Positions 1-10,391 of a stretch of DNA of 64,000 bases are shown here, piece after piece (the stretch's first letter is position 1; each line of letters begins with the position of its first letter). The notes under the pieces are model-generated. The model made no database searches. It was not told the origin of the DNA and saw only the letters and a list, made by a program, of their open reading frames with translations. Source of the DNA: Candidatus Saccharimonadales bacterium (GTDB lineage Bacteria > Patescibacteriota > Saccharimonadia > Saccharimonadales > JACQNP01); the NCBI GenBank assembly GCA_041742395.1, contig JBGSIS010000005.1, positions 18,696 through 82,695 on the forward strand, written 5' to 3'. A program made the translations under genes and the position numbers.

Positions 1-2
1 TC

Positions 3-533
3 GCCGAAACTAAGCAAGTAGTACAGTATGCTAGGTTAACAGGTGCTTTAGTAGAGAGTGAGCCGCATTATTTCGGAGGCGGAAGTAATCTTTTTAAGGA
101 AGCTTTCGATTATGAAGAAATCAAGAAGTCCTTCAGTGATCCTGAGTCTATGCGCAGTTTTGTGGAAGCTACCGGTATAGATACTTATGCTGCCGCAATC
201 GGAAATTTACACGGCAAATACCCTGTCCCTAAAAAACTAGACATTGAGTTACTTAAGAAACTTCGAGAAGCTACAGAGTGTAATATTTCACTGCATGGTG
301 GTAGTGGTACGCCAGGTCATTATTTTCAGTCAGCAGTCAGGGTGGGGGTCAGTAAGATTAATATTAATAGCGATATGCGTGTTGCTTATAGAAATACTTT
401 AGAAAAAGTACTTCGTGATAATCCCGATGAATATGCGGTTGTAAAAATAATGCCAGAAGTAATTGGAGCGGTACAACTAGTCGTAGAAGAAAAGATTGAT
501 TTATTTAATTCAGCAGGAAAAGCACAAGTTTAA
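3..533 (+). CDS. fba: Fructose-bisphosphate aldolase, class II (C-terminal part; the 5' end lies outside the window)
   Basis: The frame is open from base 3 and in-frame with the 150..533 ORF. The motif run SDPESMRSFVEATGIDTYAAAIGNLHGKY...SLHGGSG is typical of class II FBA. The N-terminus is missing. Confidence 0.8.
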   Translation, partial: AETKQVVQYARLTGALVESEPHYFGGGSNLFKEAFDYEEIKKSFSDPESMRSFVEATGIDTYAAAIGNLHGKYPVPKKLDIELLKKLREATECNISLHGGSGTPGHYFQSAVRVGVSKININSDMRVAYRNTLEKVLRDNPDEYAVVKIMPEVIGAVQLVVEEKIDLFNSAGKAQV

Positions 534-599
534 TTTTAATTTCTAACAAAATATGCAAGAATATATTTAACGTAATCATTTAATAGAAAGAGTGGTGGG

Positions 600-1601
600 A
601 TGAGTAAGGTTCAGGTATTTTGCATCGGCGACGTAGTAACAGATGCTTTTATTAAGCTTTTTGACGATAGAGCACATACTTATGAAAATGAACAAGGTAA
701 ATGGATTGCTATGCCTTTTGGGATGAAGGTGCCATTTGATAATGCAGAAGTAATTGAAGGTGTAGGTAATGCTGCAAACGCTGCAGTCAGCTTTGAAAAA
801 TTGGGTATTGAAAGTGGCCTTATTTCTAATGTGGGTAGTGATCAATTCGGTAGAGATATAATAAATTCACTAAATAATAAGCGCGTGGATACAAGATTCG
901 TACATATCAACCCTAATAAGATAAGTAATTATCATTATGTTCTTTGGTATAAAGAAGAAAGAACAATTTTAATAAAACACGAAGAATATGATTACCATTG
1001 GCCACGGTTTAGATCAAATGATATACCTGACTGGGTGTACTTCAGCTCAATTAGTAAAAATTCTTTAGATAGTTATCACGATAAAATAATGGACTGGTTA
1101 GATGACAATCCAGAAGTTAAGTTGGCATTTCAACCTGGCACTTTTCAATTGGAGGCAGGAATAGATCGATTGAGCCGATTATATAAAAGAACAGAAGTCG
1201 TTGTATTGAATCGTGAAGAGGCTGTAATGATTACTAATGGAGATTATGATAATATTCATGATCTTTTCGATAGGATTCACCATACCGGCGCTAAAATAGT
1301 TTGTATAACCGACGGACCTGCTGGTGCATATGCTAGCGACGGTACCAAAAGATACAAGATGCCTCCATATCCAGATCCAGCTCCACCTTTTGAACGCACC
1401 GGAGCTGGTGATTCTTTTGCAAGTACATTCGTGGCTTCGCTAATAAAGGGTAACACTGTAGAAGGTGCTCTACAGTGGGCACCAATTAACTCAATGAGTG
1501 TTGTACAGAAAGCTGGTGCTCAGGCAGGATTACTAAATGAAAATGAATTAGAAGAACTACTTAAAAAGTCTCCGGAGTGGTATCGGCCTGAACAATTTTA
1601 A
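600..1601 (+). CDS. PfkB/ribokinase-family carbohydrate kinase; it sits next to fba, so possibly a PfkB-type fructose or phosphofructokinase
   Basis: N-terminal VFCIGDVVTD and C-terminal TGAGDSFASTF (the PfkB signature 2) are present. Size is 333 aa. An SD-like GTGGTGGG lies upstream. Confidence 0.8.
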   Translation: MSKVQVFCIGDVVTDAFIKLFDDRAHTYENEQGKWIAMPFGMKVPFDNAEVIEGVGNAANAAVSFEKLGIESGLISNVGSDQFGRDIINSLNNKRVDTRFVHINPNKISNYHYVLWYKEERTILIKHEEYDYHWPRFRSNDIPDWVYFSSISKNSLDSYHDKIMDWLDDNPEVKLAFQPGTFQLEAGIDRLSRLYKRTEVVVLNREEAVMITNGDYDNIHDLFDRIHHTGAKIVCITDGPAGAYASDGTKRYKMPPYPDPAPPFERTGAGDSFASTFVASLIKGNTVEGALQWAPINSMSVVQKAGAQAGLLNENELEELLKKSPEWYRPEQF

Positions 1602-1648
1602 GCAATAGCTTTATTACTTCTTACTAAAGTGTTATTCTATCATTAAGT

Positions 1649-2875
1649 ATGTCAAAATTGTTGTCCCAACTGGTGGGGGTACAGGACCAATTATTCGCTG
1701 TTATGATTCAACAGCTTGAGTCGGCTAGTGGCAACCCAAGTGTTGATATCAGAATGTCAACTGAGGTTAGAGCTAAGGTATTAGAACATGTAAGATCACT
1801 CGGTTTGGATCCAGATGATACAACTGGCCAAGAACTATTTAGCGCATTAACGGGTCTTGTTGAGATGCATGATAGATTCTTGGTTGAGAGAATTGGAGGA
1901 TCTAACCCAGGGGACGTGGCTGATTTATTGCCTAGAATTAAAAAATTAGTAGACACAATAAATATTCCAAAATCAGTCTGGGCGCTTAAACACAGTGTCG
2001 CTAAAAAGCTAATTAAAGCTAATCCGCCAAAAAATGTCATGAAGCAATTAGGCTATCGATCAGTTGATTCGATGTTGAAAAGAGAATCGATTGATGAATT
2101 ACTAGTTGGGATTAGATTTTTAGAGTCTGATATTTGGCAAGAAAAACTGATAACCAAATATAGTAAACTACACCCTTCAGATTTTGAGAATCGTGAAATT
2201 GAAATACTACTTTTGGATGGAAAAAAATGGGGCGGAAAAGCGTTTACCTATGCAAAAAGTCACAAGCATAATATTACTAACCTAAAAGAAATGGGAGTTG
2301 TAGCGATCCTTCCTCTACCTGTTTCAAATATGCCAGGAATTACAATTGTACTTATACCAAGAATAATTTATTACATTAATGAAGTTCGCACATATAGTAC
2401 TTATTTTAAGCATCACCAAGTAAAGAATGAGTTTGGTGAAACCTTAGTAAATACACTTCTGGAAGATCCTTCTAGGCATGTAACAATTGCCGGCCAACAT
2501 TTACATTGGAGAGTTATACATCATTTTTATGGCAAAGAAAGTGTTACACATCCAGAGTTTTTTGAGCCGCATATCCTGCCGGAAGATTTATTCTGGAGAA
2601 AAGCTGAACAAATACTGTTTAGAATTGAACCTGCATTGCATTTTTGGCACGAAATGGACTTTGTTGGTGAAATATTTGAAGGTAAGCCGGTTAGTTTCAA
2701 TTTAATGGATGTAGCAACTAACTACATAAATAAAACTTCTTACGAACGACGCTATTTTTATCACATGAAAGAAAGTCTATGGAATGAATTATTTATACGA
2801 TATCTGGATTACCCAGCACTTAGAAATCAAGTAAGAATGCAGATTGATTATCAGAGTGATAATCAATTCATATGA
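1649..2875 (+). CDS. Hypothetical protein (408 aa) with no recognisable motif
   Basis: Long clean ORF of plausible composition with several His-rich patches (HLHWRVIHHFYGKE, FWHEMDF). I cannot assign it to a family from sequence alone. Confidence 0.5.
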   Translation: MSKLLSQLVGVQDQLFAVMIQQLESASGNPSVDIRMSTEVRAKVLEHVRSLGLDPDDTTGQELFSALTGLVEMHDRFLVERIGGSNPGDVADLLPRIKKLVDTINIPKSVWALKHSVAKKLIKANPPKNVMKQLGYRSVDSMLKRESIDELLVGIRFLESDIWQEKLITKYSKLHPSDFENREIEILLLDGKKWGGKAFTYAKSHKHNITNLKEMGVVAILPLPVSNMPGITIVLIPRIIYYINEVRTYSTYFKHHQVKNEFGETLVNTLLEDPSRHVTIAGQHLHWRVIHHFYGKESVTHPEFFEPHILPEDLFWRKAEQILFRIEPALHFWHEMDFVGEIFEGKPVSFNLMDVATNYINKTSYERRYFYHMKESLWNELFIRYLDYPALRNQVRMQIDYQSDNQFI

Positions 2876-2895
2876 TCAGCCAATTAGTGTATAAT
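2867..2895 (+). promoter_or_regulatory. Sigma70-like promoter for the LOG-family gene (-35 TTCATA, 17-nt spacer, -10 TATAAT preceded by GTG)
   Basis: TTCATA at 2867-2872 and TATAAT at 2890-2895, followed by RBS AAGAGGA and the GTG start at 2922. Confidence 0.45.
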
Positions 2896-2921
2896 CTAAA
2901 CATAAGAGGAATTAAATAAAA

Positions 2922-3560
2922 GTGAACTATTCTATCTGTGTGTCGGGTGCTGCTGCAGGTAAGACAGTCGATAAAGACAAAGAGTTAGCAGAGCAAATAG
3001 GTGCTGCTATTGCAAAATCTGGCCACATAATCACTACGGGTGCAACTGTCGGTCTCCCTTACTATGCTGCTCGAGCTGCAAAAATGGAAGGTGGTATAAG
3101 TATTGGTTTTTCTCCGGCTGCATCACTTAAAGAGCATGTTTATAAATATCGTTTGCCAATTGGAATATTTGATTTTGTTAACTATACTGGTTTGAATTAC
3201 GTAGGTCGCGATGCTTATTTAGTCTTATCTTCGGATGCAGTAATAACAATTGGGGGCAGAATGGGTAGTTTACATGAGTTTACAACTGCCTTAGAAAGTA
3301 ATACGATTTGTGGTGTTTTAACTGGAAGCGGTGGAGCAGCTGACATGATAGACTATCTCATGGAAAACCTTGAGGCAATTAATAAACGTAATGTAATTTA
3401 CGATGATAACCCAGAATTATTAGTAAAGAAAGTTATCGAAAGACTTAACGAAGAATATAAAGATATCGACACAACTGTATTAGCATCTTGTTGGTATTTG
3501 AACGAAGACTGTGATGAATACGGGCGACCAATCAGAAAACATAAAGATAGGAATGGTTAA
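2922..3560 (+). CDS. LOG / TIGR00725-family (SLOG Rossmann-fold) protein, a putative nucleotide-processing enzyme
   Basis: Motifs ICVSGAAAG...GHIITTGATVGLPYYAARAA...GISIGFSP...SSDAVITIGGRMGSLHEF match the LOG/lysine-decarboxylase-like family. GTG start with an RBS upstream. Confidence 0.7.
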   Translation: MNYSICVSGAAAGKTVDKDKELAEQIGAAIAKSGHIITTGATVGLPYYAARAAKMEGGISIGFSPAASLKEHVYKYRLPIGIFDFVNYTGLNYVGRDAYLVLSSDAVITIGGRMGSLHEFTTALESNTICGVLTGSGGAADMIDYLMENLEAINKRNVIYDDNPELLVKKVIERLNEEYKDIDTTVLASCWYLNEDCDEYGRPIRKHKDRNG

Positions 3561-3578
3561 ACTTGCTACAATAACTAG

Positions 3579-5543
3579 GTGAGTAAGTTTAAAATAGTCA
3601 GTAATTATCAGCCATCTGGGGATCAACCCCAAGCAATAAAAGAATTGACTGAGAACATTTTTAAATCAGTCAGTGAGCAGACACTGCTTGGTGTTACAGG
3701 CTCAGGTAAAACTTTTACCATGGCTAACGTAATTCAGAATATTCAAAAACCAACTTTAGTAATTAGCCATAATAAGACTCTAGCAGCTCAGCTTTATGCT
3801 GAATTTAAAAAGTTCTTTCCAGATAATGCTGTTCATTATTTTGTTAGTTACTTTGATTACTATCAACCTGAAGCTTATATACCTCGTAGCGACACTTATA
3901 TAGAAAAAGATAGTCAAATTAACGAAGAAATAGACCGCATGAGACATGCAGCTACTGATTCTCTTTTGTCGAGAAAAGACGTAATTATAGTAGCAAGTGT
4001 TAGTTGTATTTATGGAATTGGTTCTGTGGATGACTATGATGCGATGTCAATTAAATTAAAAGTAGGCGAAAGACGTGTTAGGGATAAGCTAATAAGGCAG
4101 TTAACAGATATACAATATCAAAGAAATGATATAGATTTTCATAGAGGAACATTCAGAGTTAGGGGTGATGTACTTGATGTTTTCCCTGCAGGTGAAGAGC
4201 TAGCCTATAGGTTAGAGCTTTTTGGTGATGAGATTGACAGAGTTACTCAACTCGATCCACTAACCGGAGAAATCTTAAAAAATCTAGATAAAGTTACAAT
4301 ATACCCAAATAGTCACTATGTGACGCCCAATGAAAAAATTAAGTTTGCTCTATCAAAAATCGAAAAGGAACTTGAAATGAGGATTGGATTTTATAAAAAA
4401 CAAGATAAATATTTAGAAGCCCAAAGAATTCAACAACGAACTAGGTTTGATATTGAAATGTTAGAAGAAACCGGTTTTGTTAAAGGTATTGAAAACTATA
4501 GTAGATATCTTACAAACAGGGAACCTGGGGAACAGCCAGCTACCTTACTAGATTATTTTCCAGATGATTATTTGATGTTTATTGATGAATCCCACATGAC
4601 TATACCTCAGATTCGTGGAATGTATAACGGCGATAGAGCTAGAAAAGAAGTCTTAGTTGAGCATGGATTTAGGCTGCCAAGCGCCTTAGATAACAGGCCA
4701 CTTATGTTTACTGAATTTGAGAAACATATTAATAATGTTGTGTATGTTAGTGCTACTCCAGCTGCTTTCGAGCTTTCTCGAAGCCCAAAGCCTGCAGAGC
4801 AGGTTATTCGCCCAACGGGATTATTGGATCCTGTTATTGAAGTAAGACCGATTGATGGGCAAATTGATGACTTAATTGCTGAGATTAGATCTACGATTGC
4901 CAAACAACAGCGAATTTTAGTCACAACTCTTACAAAAAGAATGTCTGAAGATTTAACAGACTATCTAAAAGACTTAAATATCAAAGTTACCTATCTTCAT
5001 AGCGATGTGGATACTTTAGATAGAACAGATATACTAAGAGATCTTAGGTTAGGTATTTATGATGTAGTTGTGGGTATTAACTTATTAAGGGAAGGATTGG
5101 ATTTACCAGAAGTAAGTCTAGTCGCTATTTTGGATGCTGATAAAGAGGGTTTCCTTAGGAGTGAGCAGGCATTAATTCAGACTGTTGGAAGAGCTGCAAG
5201 GCACGTTGAAGGCCGAGTTATTATGTACGCTGACCGCATAACTGGAAGTATGGAACGTACAATTTACGAAACTAAGCGAAGACGAAAGATTCAAGAAAAA
5301 TATAATATAGATAATAAAGTAACTGCAACTGGTATAGCTAGTGAAGTATCAAAAGGACTTAGGCCTGACTTGCCGGAAGAAGCCAAGAGAGCAAAATTGG
5401 ACCTTAAGAAGATTCCAAAAGACGAATACAAACACCTCATAAAAGATCTAAATTCACAAATGGAAATAGCAGCAGCTAACTTAGAGTTTGAAAAAGCCGC
5501 CGAGCTAAGAGATATAATATCTGACATAACTAGTAAGATGTGA
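3579..5543 (+). CDS. uvrB: Excinuclease ABC subunit B
   Basis: [11 protein letters not shown], Walker [10 protein letters not shown], helicase motifs and the C-terminal UvrB/UvrC interaction helix ([10 protein letters not shown]) are all present. Size is 654 aa. GTG start. Confidence 0.95.
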   Translation: MSKFKIVSNYQPSGDQPQAIKELTENIFKSVSEQTLLGVTGSGKTFTMANVIQNIQKPTLVISHNKTLAAQLYAEFKKFFPDNAVHYFVSYFDYYQPEAYIPRSDTYIEKDSQINEEIDRMRHAATDSLLSRKDVIIVASVSCIYGIGSVDDYDAMSIKLKVGERRVRDKLIRQLTDIQYQRNDIDFHRGTFRVRGDVLDVFPAGEELAYRLELFGDEIDRVTQLDPLTGEILKNLDKVTIYPNSHYVTPNEKIKFALSKIEKELEMRIGFYKKQDKYLEAQRIQQRTRFDIEMLEETGFVKGIENYSRYLTNREPGEQPATLLDYFPDDYLMFIDESHMTIPQIRGMYNGDRARKEVLVEHGFRLPSALDNRPLMFTEFEKHINNVVYVSATPAAFELSRSPKPAEQVIRPTGLLDPVIEVRPIDGQIDDLIAEIRSTIAKQQRILVTTLTKRMSEDLTDYLKDLNIKVTYLHSDVDTLDRTDILRDLRLGIYDVVVGINLLREGLDLPEVSLVAILDADKEGFLRSEQALIQTVGRAARHVEGRVIMYADRITGSMERTIYETKRRRKIQEKYNIDNKVTATGIASEVSKGLRPDLPEEAKRAKLDLKKIPKDEYKHLIKDLNSQMEIAAANLEFEKAAELRDIISDITSKM

Positions 5544-5644
5544 TGGCTATGAACTAAGTTTATGGTAAGCAAAAAATTCATGAATAAGTTGAAATAAATA
5601 CCAAGTTAATTCCCAAAATAAGATTATGTGCGCAAAAATCCTAG

Positions 5645-6754
5645 TTATACTAATAGGTGGGCTTGATCAAATATTTTTTGTCCGTTCATTTTGTTAGGGT
5701 TGTCATTGTATTCTTGCAGAAATGATTTATTTCTAGCTATTAAATAATATAATGTTTCGGGATCCACAATAGTAAGGTGCGATCCGTCCAATATTGTTAT
5801 TCTTACGTTCTTATAATTTTTAAATAATTTCATCCATTCTGAAGGCATAGATGCAAAATCATCATTGAAGCATGTAATATGGATTATGCTTTCTTCGTCA
5901 ATAAATTTGGCTAATTCACCAGCTTCTCCGCTTAATAGTGTAGGTCCAATCGCGACTTGGCTGGCAATTGAAGTTGGATGCAAGTCAATCGTGGATGGGT
6001 AATGGAGGAGTCTACCTAACCCGACTTTACCTGCTAGTTTAACTACCGAAACAGGTTCGTGAATTATATGTCTTGAAAGATTCATAGCATCACTTAATTC
6101 AAATTTTCTAGGAAAACAAGGAGCTATTAGATCAGCAAAGAGTATCTCTTGATTGAATGAATTAGCTAGAGCCAGTATACCCATAGCTACCATTGCACTT
6201 CTAGACTCACCATAGAGTAGACGCTTATTTGGGTCTATGGAATATTTTAGTGAGCTTGATATTTCCTGAGAGAAACTTAAAACAGCTGCTGCTGATTTTG
6301 CTAAAGTTATATTATTAAGTCTAGGGATTTTAATTGATTCGTGATAGCTACCTTCGGCTCCAACGAAAATTGAAGGTACACCTTCATGAATGAATTTTCT
6401 TATCATGTGCTCGTAGTGGCCGCGACTAGTAGTTAACCATGCGCTAGTGTGAATATTTGGTATATCGGTTACTTGACGATTAGTTGGTATACCAATAACT
6501 GCATCGTAATTAAATCCAGCTACTGTAGTAAAACCTAATCTTTGAATATACCCATTAGGTACAGTAGTCTCTTCTAATACACTTGAAATAAAAGTAATAT
6601 TTGAGGATTCTTTTAATTTTTCAATTTCATCAAATAATGATTCTTGTTCTGCACTTAATAAGTCGTTATTTTTAATCAAACTTAATTTAGGATAGTGGGA
6701 TTCGTGGTTGGGTTTGATAAGTTGAGACATAATATTTTTTATGCTTAAAACCAT
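5645..6754 (-). CDS. Hypothetical protein, possibly an alpha/beta-hydrolase fold
   Basis: 369-aa ORF with a GESRSAMVAMG segment resembling a degenerate nucleophile elbow and a C-terminal LDGSH. There is no canonical GxSxG, so the family assignment is weak. Confidence 0.45.
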   Translation of the reverse strand: MVLSIKNIMSQLIKPNHESHYPKLSLIKNNDLLSAEQESLFDEIEKLKESSNITFISSVLEETTVPNGYIQRLGFTTVAGFNYDAVIGIPTNRQVTDIPNIHTSAWLTTSRGHYEHMIRKFIHEGVPSIFVGAEGSYHESIKIPRLNNITLAKSAAAVLSFSQEISSSLKYSIDPNKRLLYGESRSAMVAMGILALANSFNQEILFADLIAPCFPRKFELSDAMNLSRHIIHEPVSVVKLAGKVGLGRLLHYPSTIDLHPTSIASQVAIGPTLLSGEAGELAKFIDEESIIHITCFNDDFASMPSEWMKLFKNYKNVRITILDGSHLTIVDPETLYYLIARNKSFLQEYNDNPNKMNGQKIFDQAHLLV

Positions 6755-6795
6755 AGTATTACTTTTATTTAATTACTTCAAATTAAATAACGGTG

Positions 6796-6801
6796 TATAA
6801 T
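6796..6801 (+). promoter_or_regulatory. Candidate -10 (GTGTATAAT) 10 nt upstream of the gatC ATG; a possibly leaderless transcript
   Basis: TATAAT at 6796-6801, with a second TATAAT at 6805-6810 and the ATG at 6812. No SD can fit. Confidence 0.3.
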
Positions 6802-6811
6802 TACTATAATA

Positions 6812-7102
6812 ATGGCAAAATTAACAAGGGAAGAAATATTAAAATTGGCTAAATTAGCCAGAATTCATTTAACCGAAGAAGAGATAGATAGCTTCGGTAA
6901 TGACATTAGTATTATCTTGGAATATGTCGAGCAACTTAAAGATGTTGATTTAGGTAAACTGGCTCCAACATATCAGGTCACTGGTCTGACTAATGTTTTT
7001 CGTGAAGATGTCGCTGTTGATTATAATGAGACTCCCAAAGAATTGTTAAAGAATTCGCCCGATTCTGAAAATAACCAGATAAAAGTTAGGAGAATGTTGT
7101 AG
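6812..7102 (+). CDS. gatC: Asp-tRNA(Asn)/Glu-tRNA(Gln) amidotransferase subunit C
   Basis: 96 aa reading LTREEILKLAKLARIHLTEEEID...VTGLTNVFREDV. It overlaps the gatA start by 1 nt. Confidence 0.9.
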   Translation: MAKLTREEILKLAKLARIHLTEEEIDSFGNDISIILEYVEQLKDVDLGKLAPTYQVTGLTNVFREDVAVDYNETPKELLKNSPDSENNQIKVRRML

Positions 7103-8526
7103 TGTCTAACTGGGGCCCAATTAGTAAAATAGCTAGTGAAGTAAACAGCGGTAATACTAAAGCTGAACAGTTAGTTCTTGAATCACTCGAAAAAATCGAG
7201 AAACATAATGAATACAACGCAATAATATCTCTTGTTAGAGATAGGGCAATTGCCAGAGCTAAAGAAATTGATGAAAAAGTTAAAAACGGCCAAAGTGCTG
7301 GAAGATTAGCTGGAGTACCTTTCATAGCAAAAGATAATTTTTTAACTTTTGGCGGTGAAACCACGGCTGCAAGTAATATACTTAAAGGTTTTAATGCCCC
7401 TTACCAGGCCACGGCTGTCGTAAAACTAGAACAGGAAGGTGCTATTTGTGTAGCTAAAGCCAACTTAGACGCATTCGCTCACGGTTCTAGTACTGAAAAT
7501 AGCGATTTAATGACTACTAAAAACCCTCACGACATAAACAGAGTGCCAGGTGGCTCGTCTGGCGGTTCTGCAGCTGCAGTGGTTTTAGGAATGGCTCCTT
7601 TTGCTCTAGGAACAGATACTGGTGGTTCTATACGACTACCTGCGTCCTTTACGGGATCAGTTGGATTAAAACCTACTTATGGAACCGTATCTAGATCTGG
7701 AGTTGTTGCTATGGCTAGTAGCACTGATGTAATAGGACCAATTACAAATTCCGTAGAAGATGCTGCTGTAATTTTAGATGTAATTGCTGGTCAAGATTCA
7801 CTTGACGGAACTTCAATACCAAGATCAAGTAAAAGTTTTCTTATTGACGATGTTAGTTTAAAGGGTCAAAAAGTTGGATTAGTTAAAGAATATATTGGAG
7901 AAGGTGTTGACGACAAGGTTAAGGAATCTGTGCTAGCCTCAATAGAAGAAATGAAGAAAGCAGGAGTTCAAGTAAAAGAAGTAAGTCTGCCATCTATTTA
8001 TCTGTCATTAGCTTGCTACTATATAATAATGCCCGCAGAAGTAAGTAGTAACTTGAGCAGATACGATGGTCAAAGATACGGCTTCTCGTCTAATAAAGCA
8101 AAAATTTTAGAAGAAAGTTACAACTGGTCCAGAAGTGAAGGTTTTGGGCGTGAAGCAAAACGTAGAATTATGATTGGAACTTACGTGCTAAGCAGTGGTT
8201 ATTACGATGACTATTACCTAAAAGCTATGCAATTAAGAACTGAATTAATTAATGAGTTCAATAAGGTATTTGAGGATGTTGATTACCTTGTTGGCCCTAC
8301 AGCACCTACCGTAGCATTTGAAGTAGGAAAAAAGACTAACAATCCTCTGGAGATGTATTTAGCGGATATTATGACAGTAGCACCGAGTTTAGTTGGAGTA
8401 CCAGCAATAAGCATACCAATTAAGTCTCTTGACAAAATGCCTATAGGGTTGCAAATAATCGCTCCACAAGGAAAAGACAAAAATCTTTTGAGTTTATCCA
8501 ATAAAGTCATGGAGATTACAAAATGA
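7102..8526 (+). CDS. gatA: Asp-tRNA(Asn)/Glu-tRNA(Gln) amidotransferase subunit A (amidase family)
   Basis: Amidase signature GGSSGGSAAAV and GVPFIAKDNF are present. Size is 474 aa. GTG start. Confidence 0.95.
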   Translation: MSNWGPISKIASEVNSGNTKAEQLVLESLEKIEKHNEYNAIISLVRDRAIARAKEIDEKVKNGQSAGRLAGVPFIAKDNFLTFGGETTAASNILKGFNAPYQATAVVKLEQEGAICVAKANLDAFAHGSSTENSDLMTTKNPHDINRVPGGSSGGSAAAVVLGMAPFALGTDTGGSIRLPASFTGSVGLKPTYGTVSRSGVVAMASSTDVIGPITNSVEDAAVILDVIAGQDSLDGTSIPRSSKSFLIDDVSLKGQKVGLVKEYIGEGVDDKVKESVLASIEEMKKAGVQVKEVSLPSIYLSLACYYIIMPAEVSSNLSRYDGQRYGFSSNKAKILEESYNWSRSEGFGREAKRRIMIGTYVLSSGYYDDYYLKAMQLRTELINEFNKVFEDVDYLVGPTAPTVAFEVGKKTNNPLEMYLADIMTVAPSLVGVPAISIPIKSLDKMPIGLQIIAPQGKDKNLLSLSNKVMEITK

Positions 8527-8936
8527 ATATAGAATTAATCGTAATCTCTTCAGTAGTCTTACTTGTGGTTATTATTTTATTAATTGTAGTTACCAAAAAA
8601 GTACCAAAGCGATTAAAAGTCGATAAATATACCAAACAATGGAGAGAGTTACAGTCTTTTTGCAAAGATAAAGCAAAGTGGCCAGATGCAATTGGTTCAG
8701 CAGAAAAGTTACTTGAGAATGCTTTAAAAAAACGAAAATATAAAGGTAAGACTATGGGGGAAATGATGGTTTCTGCCCAAAAAGTTTTCACTGACAACGA
8801 TGGGGTATGGTTCGCACATAATCTTTACAAAAAGATATCCAGTGGGGACATAAAAAGCCTAAGAGAAGATGATGTTAAAGAAGCTCTGATGGCTTATAGG
8901 CAGGCACTTCGAGATCTTGGAGCATTACCAAAGTGA
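8523..8936 (+). CDS. Hypothetical small membrane-anchored protein embedded between gatA and gatB
   Basis: 137 aa with an N-terminal TM (IVISSVVLLVVIILLIVV). Its start overlaps the gatA stop (ATGA) and its stop overlaps the gatB start (GTGA), so it is translationally coupled on both sides. Confidence 0.55.
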   Translation: MNIELIVISSVVLLVVIILLIVVTKKVPKRLKVDKYTKQWRELQSFCKDKAKWPDAIGSAEKLLENALKKRKYKGKTMGEMMVSAQKVFTDNDGVWFAHNLYKKISSGDIKSLREDDVKEALMAYRQALRDLGALPK

Positions 8937-10369
8937 GTAAATATAAACCAACAATAGGTATTGAGTGTCACGTACAGCTAAATACCAAGACTAAGTTGTT
9001 TGCAGCGGTTGAAAATGATGCACGTGATGCTACTCCGAATACTTTAATTAGTCATATATGTTTAGGGATGCCGGGAGCTTTGCCAGTTTTAAATAAACAA
9101 GCGGTATATTTGGCTTCTAAGGCTGCATTCTCATTAAATACAGTTCCTCAAAAATTCAGTAAATTTGATAGAAAACACTATTTTTATCCAGATTTACCAA
9201 AGGGATATCAAATATCTCAGTTTGATGAACCAATAGTATTAGGTGGTTTTGTTGAAATAGAAGTCAATGGTGAGCGAAAAAAGATTGGCATTACACGAGC
9301 ACATCTAGAAGAAGACGCCGGAAAGAGTGTCCATCCTACAGGCAAAGATTATAGTCTAGTTGATCTAAATCGTGCAGGTACTCCCTTACTTGAGATAGTT
9401 AGTGAACCTGAAATACACTCAGCCGAAGAGGCAAAGGCTTATGCAAAAGAACTTTATCTGTTAATGAAATATTCATCGGTGTCTGAGGCGAATCTTTACT
9501 ATGGAAATATGCGATTCGATGTAAATATTTCAATTAGCGAAACAAATGAACTAGGAACACGTGCAGAAATTAAAAACTTGAATAGCTTTAAAAGTGTTGA
9601 GAAATCAATAGAATTTGAGATTAAAAGACAAACAGTAATTTTGGAATCTGGTCAAAAAGTCTTACAAGAAACTAGGGGATGGGATGATTCGTCTCAAAAG
9701 ACTTTTTCTCAAAGAAGTAAAGAAGATGCTCATGACTATAGGTATTTTCCTGATCCTGATATACCGCCAGTTATATTAGATGATGAGTATATTGAGAGTA
9801 TAAGATTAGAGATGCCAATAATGCCAAATCAACTGAGAGAAAAACTTTCTAAAATAGGATTAGATTGGTCATCAGTGAATACTGTAGTAGACGAGCCAAT
9901 AATAGGTAACTTCATGAATAAAGTGGCAGATGAGACTTCCGGGGAAAATTCTAAAAAAATTGCAAACTGGTTAATTGGTGATGTTAAATCTACGATTTCT
10001 GAAAATGAAAACAGTTGGAATACTATACACCTAGATATGTCTAATTTAATTGAGTTAGCTGAAATGACTAGTTCGTCTGAAGTTAGTTCTTCTGGTGCCA
10101 AAACCATTCTTTTTGATATGATTCTGTCCAAACGAAGTCCAAAAGAGATTGCAAATAAAAATAACTTACTTCAAGTATCCGATATATCCGAGATTGAACA
10201 AATAGTTAAAACGGTAATTGAAAATAATCAGAATGCAGTTCAAGATATTAAAAACGGAGAATTGAAAGTAATTGGATTCTTAGTAGGTCAAGTTATGAAA
10301 GAATCTAAAGGTAAAGCGAATCCAGCACTAGCTCAAGAAATGATCAAAAAATTAATTATTAATAATTAG
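8933..10369 (+). CDS. gatB: Asp-tRNA(Asn)/Glu-tRNA(Gln) amidotransferase subunit B
   Basis: The N-terminus PTIGIECHVQLNTKTKLF and the C-terminal GatB/YqeY domain (GFLVGQVMKESKGKANP) are present. Size is 478 aa. Confidence 0.95.
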   Translation: MSKYKPTIGIECHVQLNTKTKLFAAVENDARDATPNTLISHICLGMPGALPVLNKQAVYLASKAAFSLNTVPQKFSKFDRKHYFYPDLPKGYQISQFDEPIVLGGFVEIEVNGERKKIGITRAHLEEDAGKSVHPTGKDYSLVDLNRAGTPLLEIVSEPEIHSAEEAKAYAKELYLLMKYSSVSEANLYYGNMRFDVNISISETNELGTRAEIKNLNSFKSVEKSIEFEIKRQTVILESGQKVLQETRGWDDSSQKTFSQRSKEDAHDYRYFPDPDIPPVILDDEYIESIRLEMPIMPNQLREKLSKIGLDWSSVNTVVDEPIIGNFMNKVADETSGENSKKIANWLIGDVKSTISENENSWNTIHLDMSNLIELAEMTSSSEVSSSGAKTILFDMILSKRSPKEIANKNNLLQVSDISEIEQIVKTVIENNQNAVQDIKNGELKVIGFLVGQVMKESKGKANPALAQEMIKKLIINN

Positions 10370-10391
10370 TAATTAAATATAAGGATAAATT

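Noticed and set aside
8524-8526. Possible UGA recoding, as in some CPR lineages
   Set aside because: gatA, hisS, the small gat-operon ORF and others terminate cleanly at TGA, and long conserved proteins read through without in-frame TGA. This is the standard code.
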